Shown here: positions 54,960-64,000 of the stretch, one piece after another
Layout: each line of letters starts with the position of its first letter
How positions within the stretch are numbered: the first letter of the stretch is position 1
NCBI GenBank assembly: GCA_964016885.1
Contig: OZ024745.1
Span: forward strand, 50,282,001 to 50,346,000
DNA from: Eledone cirrhosa
Taxonomy: Eukaryota
Reading direction: 5' to 3'
DNA length: 64,000 bases
The notes under the pieces: generated by a model
What the model was told of the DNA's origin: nothing
Database searches by the model: none
What the model saw: only the letters and a program-made list of their open reading frames with translations
Program-made: the position numbers and the translations under genes

Positions 54960-56046
54960 CCCACGTGCTTGCGACAGGTTCAGAAAACAACTCACACCCT
55001 TCTTTAAAGAAATACTCTACGCCAAAGACCACATCTTAAACAAAAATCTGAGGCAATTTCGGCTTGTAAACATAAATTTCACAATACTTTCCTGTATTAC
55101 AACCCCACATTATACCCTAACGGATAGTACGAACTATACGCGGATATTTTACGTCTTGGTGTGGTAGCTAAGTATATGTTATGTTTATACCATTACTTAT
55201 TTGTATAGGTAAGTATATATTACCTGTATGTTTTGTGAAGGTCCGTATACTTTCTCGTACGTATATTTGCTTGTTTATGTTATGGCGTATATTATATATA
55301 CTGGTACATGTGCATTTGGTTATGTGTATAAGTGAGTTTGCGTCTGTGTGAGTATGCGGGTTCGTACGTATGTAGGGTGTGTGTATATGTGTACTTTGAG
55401 TTTTGGTTGACATACGTCTTCGAACATATGTGTATTTACATGGAGGTGTGTGTGTGCGCGCGTTATATACGTATTTATGTGTGTATATTTATAAACGTTT
55501 ATTTACTTATATGTATACACGCACACACAAATATATGTATATATATATATATTTTTATAAATATTTACTCAGTTATAAATATTTACTCGTTGTTAACCCA
55601 ACAATTTAAATAAAACTTTGCATATATTTTTATATATATTTTTATGTGTATTTGGTGTATATGTTCGTATGTGTGCGGGTACTGGCGTTGCGTGGGTTCT
55701 GTATGTGCGTGCGTGTTTTTTTTTGTGTACGTGCTTGTATTTGCATACCAATGGCGAGTGTTTTCGCGTATGCTTGTGTATGTACGTATATGGATGCATG
55801 TATGTATGAGAACGTCTCCATGAACCATCTAATAGAATATTAGTCTACGACTTCATTTATACCATAAACGTGGTTTTGTCTTTGCGCGTAATTGTTTTCA
55901 CTCCACCTAATAGTGATGTATTATCTTCGTTTTTTTCCGTTCTTTGCCAGGGAACGTTTCCACGAACCAAAGTATCGTCTTCCTGTCTTCCTTCGGCTGC
56001 AACCTTTTTTGAAATATTTACTTCGTCGTTCACAGATTGACTTTTT

Positions 56047-56097
56047 AATTTCAGAAGATCCCGTTAAGGGTGAAAGCAACGATTCTTTACTTAAACT
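56047..56097 (+). ncRNA. Hammerhead-like motif with CAGAAGA core variant
   Basis: Homologue of 4134-4184, located at the 3' end of a TA-flanked ~1.15-kb insert. Confidence 0.4.
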
Positions 56098-56138
56098 TTA
56101 ATCTGTTATTTTAATAAATATATATGTATATATATATA

Positions 56139-58486
<2,348 letters not shown>

Positions 58487-58651
58487 ATATATATATATGG
58501 TTGAACATTTGAAAATGTGGGTATTCCAAACGCGCAGTAATTTTAACAGCTACCGATCACCATAAATAAACCACAATAACTCCAGAGACGGAAAAAGTGA
58601 CCACACACACACACACACACACGCATGCACACACACACGCACACATATATA

Positions 58652-58723
<72 letters not shown>

Positions 58724-59342
58724 GTGTGTGTGTGCGTGTGTACATAACAAATGTGTAGTAGTGATTTCTGTAAATTTTCTGATTATTTACTTTAATTATC
58801 TCTGCTTTTGTTAATTAAAACCACCAGCTGACGGCAACATTTACCAAAATACTTAACTGTCTGCCAAAGTCTTTTAAAGTAAAGCCTGTTCGATCTGTCT
58901 TGTTATTGTTCGAATCTGTTTGATCACTGATTTTCTGACTGTCTGGCGGACAATAGAGTCAACATAACTGATGTCTGGCTGGCAACATCGGGGGCTTTTT
59001 ACATTTGTTGGCGCTGAAGTTGTCTTCAATTAGTAATATTCGCACGAAATTATTTGATATTGATCATTTTCATAAGTTCTATTAGAATGGACCCCGCATC
59101 TTACGCGGATTTAAAACGTTTTAGTTTTCAATCCACACGGTCGTTCTCGGATATTTTCGGATGTTCTCGGCCGTTTTCCAGCACCTTAAATCTCTTTCTG
59201 CCAAAAAACGGTCTCTCCCTTTCTGAAACAAAAACCACACATTTTAAAGGGTTCCTATTTAAATTTACTTCTTAATTTACTTATTTAATTTTATATAAGA
59301 ACTTTATATTGTTACAAATACCATTTTGACAATGAAATAATT

Positions 59343-59526
59343 AATAATTGTTTCTACTTTTGACACAAGGCCAGCAATTATCCCAGTGTATTACTGGTAC
59401 TTTATTTTATCGACCCTGGAAGGATGAAAGTCAAAGTTAACCTCGGCGGGATTTGAACTCAGATTATAAAGGGAGGTAGCTCTATACTTCAAAGCATGGC
59501 GTCCGATCCTCTACCGATACCGCCAA
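59343..59526 (-). mobile_element. SINE family A
   Basis: Reverse copy. Confidence 0.82.
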
Positions 59527-60066
59527 CAATAATTTTAGTAAATCCCTCGAATTCTTTATTAATTAATAGAAATACAATTTACAAAAGGCTTACTGACCCA
59601 GGGTTTAGTGTAAGGAAATGCTTTGAGGCTGGTGTCATGATCCCATGTTTGATATTCTCTGAGTCTAAGGAGCCTTTGTAATAGCTGTTTTTAACATTTT
59701 AATAGTGTTTTAAGTCTCGAAACAATCATTTAGCATCATTACCAAATGTATGTATTTCACACAAAATGTAAACTTATTGTAAACATTTCGATTTAGAACT
59801 ACACAAGTAAGGGTCAACAAGTTAAAATAATCACTGTAACGACCGCTGATAGGGCTTCCGTAAAGCCACATCTATTTGACCACCCTCTCCTATGTCACTT
59901 ATCAGATGGCGCCCAACAGAGAATCATTTGGTAAAATCTGTGAGACAGGATGCCCTCGACATCAACAAAGTGTCTGGTATGCGAATCTCGTATTAAAACT
60001 GCCGCTTCTGGGTTCCATTCGTCTATCACCCTTTGTATCAGATCGTACTGTCGTAGCCTTTGGTGA

Positions 60067-60142
<76 letters not shown>

Positions 60143-60462
60143 GCTTTCTATCTATCTATCTATCTATCTTGAAAGTGGCGAGAATGGCCCGAGTGAATGG
60201 GCCTTCTCTCTATATCAGCCTGTAGGTTGAGGAAAAGGAGGAGGAGAGGAAAGGAGTACAAGCTCTTCGTACTCCTGGAGATGAGGGTTGCACATTTTTT
60301 TTCGGGGGTATGTGTTACCCATATAAACTGTCTCCCTCTATTGGGGAAAATCGACTAACTTTTAAATTCCATCTGTGATAACATTTTACACGTTTTTATT
60401 GTATGTAAACTTCCCCCTTTGTATTTGTCCCCTTCTTTTGTGCCCCTGTGGCTAATAAATAA

Positions 60463-60514
<52 letters not shown>

Positions 60515-60520
60515 GTCTCT

Positions 60521-60553
<33 letters not shown>

Positions 60554-61041
60554 ATATCGATCTCGACTTTATAAAGATAACAAGCTAAAATCAGTGATTA
60601 GTTTGGTGGTGCTCTAACTAACGCCTATGTCATTTTTCCGGCTTCATTAATTTCGACAAATATTGTTTCTGTCTTTCAAAGTAATCTGGGTCCCAAATAA
60701 TAGGGGGTTGGAATAAGCTGAGGGGAGAGGGGGGTGGGGGGGTTCTAGGTTGTCTCCGTTGATTTTTTTATAAAACCAGAATTAGTCGTTTAGTTAACAT
60801 ATTGAGACCCCAACCCATCCTATTTATTTTATAACGTGGGATTTCTTTTAATGTTTGTTTTCTTTTTTTGTTATGTATAATGTTTTTAATGTCTAAAGAA
60901 TTAATTGTCGCAGGAATTATTTTTAATATTCGGCAAAGCCAGCTGCAACTCGCTCGGAATGCAAATGAGGTTACTCAGCCGATATATACTTAAGAAAATA
61001 CTATATGTTTTCAACCGTTCAACACATTGGCAGAGAGATAT

Positions 61042-61084
61042 ACAGTCCTGATGAAGGGTAATGACCCAGAAACATGTTGATTGT
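61042..61084 (+). ncRNA. Minimal type I hammerhead ribozyme motif
   Basis: ACAGTC-CTGATGA-A-GGGT-AATG-ACCC-A-GAAA-CATG-TT-GATTGT, with the palindrome AACATGTT. Confidence 0.78.
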
Positions 61085-61147
61085 TCTTCAAAGTCAGTGT
61101 TGAACAAACAGGTGACGATCGGGCTCGTTTGTTTACAAACGAATCGA

Positions 61148-61303
61148 ACATGCTTTCCAGCGTAGTTACGTCCCTTTACGATCTGAGTTCAAATCCCGCC
61201 GAGGTTAACTTTGCCGTTCATCCTTACGGGGTCGATAAAATAAAGTACCAGTAATTATACTGGGTAATTGCTGGCCTTGTGCCAAAAAGTAGAAACAATT
61301 ATT
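61148..61303 (+). mobile_element. SINE family A, 5'-truncated
   Basis: Contains the B-box, middle domain and the AGAAACAATTATTA tail. Confidence 0.82.
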
Positions 61304-61438
61304 ATAAGTGTTCGATGTAACCAATACGTACATATATATGTATGTGTATATATATGAGTGTATATATATATATATATATATATATAGAAGTGGTTACACA
61401 CCATATAGAAGTGGTTACACAACAGTTAGTTCACCATA

Positions 61439-61478
61439 CCGAGAACAATTGTTTCACCTTAGCGGATCTTCAGCTCAG
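61439..61478 (-). ncRNA. Minimal type I hammerhead ribozyme motif
   Basis: Reverse complement reads CTGAG-CTGAAGA-T-CC-GCTAA-GG-T-GAAA-CAATTG-TT-CTCGG, with the palindrome AACAATTGTT and a very short stem II. Confidence 0.65.
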
Positions 61479-61754
61479 AATGGGCAGGTGTTGCCTGAAG
61501 ATTGAGTGTGAGATGAAACTAAAAAGGTCAGAGCGAGACGGCTTTTATATATATATATAAATATTCCAAGGGCGCTGCTCCAGCATGGCCTCAGTCAGCC
61601 GGGTGGCTGGAACAGGTGAAAGAGTAAAAGAGTACACACACACATATATATATATATATACACAGATATGTATGTATATATATATATATGTGTGTGTGTG
61701 AGTGTGTGTATGTATGCATACTTACTTTTACATATATATTCATGTATGTATGCA

Positions 61755-61802
<48 letters not shown>

Positions 61803-61821
61803 TGTATATGTATATATAATA

Positions 61822-61912
<91 letters not shown>

Positions 61913-61929
61913 AATATATAATATATATA

Positions 61930-62032
<103 letters not shown>

Positions 62033-62110
62033 AATATATAATATATATATATATAATATATGTGCCAGTGTATGTGGATATATATCTGTATGTGCGAGTG
62101 TATGTGGATG

Positions 62111-62210
<100 letters not shown>

Positions 62211-62444
62211 CCTGCCATTACTGCTGCTACTGTGGTGTTGCCTGAAGATTGAGTGTGAGATGAAACTAAAAAGGTCAGAGCGAGACGGCTTTTGTAATGG
62301 CAGATGACGGGGGAGGGAATAAGTGGGCGGTATGGAGCTGGGTGAAGTAAGGGGAGGTAGGGCGGTGCAGAAGTTAAAAGACCCGTCCCTAGCATCATCA
62401 ACCTAATGATGTACTTTTTTGCAGATGACTCTACTTTCATGAAA

Positions 62445-62483
62445 CACACACACACACACACACACACAGCCATACTCACACAA

Positions 62484-62516
<33 letters not shown>

Positions 62517-63125
62517 GCCATACACACACACACACACAGCCATACACACACACACACACACACACAGCCATACTCACACACACACACACACACACAGCCA
62601 TACTCACACAAACATACACACACACACAGCCATACACACACACACACACACAGCCATACACACACACACACACACACACAGCCATACTCACACAAACATA
62701 CACACACACACACACACACAGCCATACACACACACACACACACAGCCATACACACACACACACACACACACACAGCCATACTCACACAAACATACACACA
62801 CACACAGCCATACACACACACACACACACACACATACACACACACACACACACACAGCCATACTCACACAAACATACACACACACACAGCCATACACACA
62901 CACACACACACAGCCATACACACACACACACACACACACAGCCATACTCACACAAACATACACACACACACACACACACAGCCATACACACACACACACA
63001 CACAGCCATACACACACACACACACACACACACAGCCATACTCACACACACACACACACACACAGCCATACACACACACACATACACACACACACACACA
63101 CACAGCCATACACACACACAAACAC
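62445..63125. repeat. Compound (CA)n-GCCATA(CT) minisatellite
   Basis: Repeated CACACAGCCATA(CT)CACACA units. Confidence 0.9.
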
Positions 63126-63189
63126 ACAAAGAAATTGAGCAGATAATGATAATTTTACTCCTTATTATCATCATTATCCTCCTCCTCTT

Positions 63190-63227
<38 letters not shown>

Positions 63228-63243
63228 GCTGCTGCTACTGCTG

Positions 63244-63284
<41 letters not shown>

Positions 63285-63325
63285 GCTGCTTCTGCTGCTA
63301 CTGCTGCTTCTACTACTACTACTAT

Positions 63326-63368
<43 letters not shown>

Positions 63369-63457
63369 GCTACTGCTGCTTCTACTACTACTACTATTAC
63401 TTTACTACTATTACTACTACTACTACTACTACTTTACTACTACTACTACTACTACTT

Positions 63458-63498
<41 letters not shown>

Positions 63499-63572
63499 TA
63501 CTACTACTACTACTACTACTACTACTAATACTAATACTAATACTATTACTACTGCTGCTGCTGCTGCTGCTT

Positions 63573-63625
<53 letters not shown>
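63190..63625. repeat. (ACT)n/(GCT)n trinucleotide microsatellite
   Basis: Direct reading. Confidence 0.95.
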
Positions 63626-63626
<1 letters not shown>

Positions 63627-64000
63627 GCTGATGTTATTGTTGTTATTGTTACTACTCATATTATAAGGAAGATAGTAAAGTCTGCGGGCTGCAACCTTAG
63701 CACTCCAGCAATCCAATACCGGCAGAACAACCATGAAATTCAGAGTGTAAAAAAAAAAGAATAACAACGATGAAGATTATTTTGAAAACAAATAATGATA
63801 TTTTTTTTTTAGATAAACTTCCCACTTTAGAAAAGTAAGGTGGAGGGTTGGAGGTAGAGATGAATAATTCATGGGAGTAGGGGGGGGGGGGGGTATTGAT
63901 CTCCGTAGTTTGGCTTTATTTTGGTTTAATTATTCATTGGATTGGGTGGTTGGAAAAAGATAATAACAATCATAATAAAGAAGAAGAAGAAGAAGAAGAA

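Noticed and set aside
59834-60068. TG...CA bounded solo LTR
   Set aside because: No target-site duplication, no second copy and no internal retroviral sequence.

Overview
This is AT-rich eukaryotic (animal) DNA dense with microsatellites. The SINE families and (TA)n/(CA)n/(TACA)n tracts suggest an octopus or other cephalopod genome (inference). Only one host gene segment is supportable: a Tctex1-domain dynein light chain exon at 47667-48236 (+). The rest is mostly mobile DNA: a near-full-length but frameshifted Penelope-like element (PLE; RT followed by a C-terminal GIY-YIG) at about 7223-11230, two more PLE fragments, a decayed RTE-clade LINE with a PHD-like finger, a hATm-like transposase remnant, non-autonomous Helitrons, two tRNA-derived SINE families, a (TGTA)n-tailed non-autonomous retroelement, a 3.1-kb GT-rich minisatellite and a local duplication (51.5-54.9 kb vs 56.1-58.4 kb). 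The main hidden signal is about 20 minimal type-I hammerhead ribozyme (HHR) motifs, found by eye, belonging to roughly 10 sequence-distinct families. They lie in short (TA)n-flanked cassettes that look like PLE terminal repeats (pLTRs), and many have palindromic stem III. The fold-back (inverted) junctions of these cassettes repeatedly fall in or next to HHR stem II. Coordinates were read by hand, so repeat boundaries are approximate. Nearly all low-complexity ORFs in the supplied track are microsatellite artefacts.
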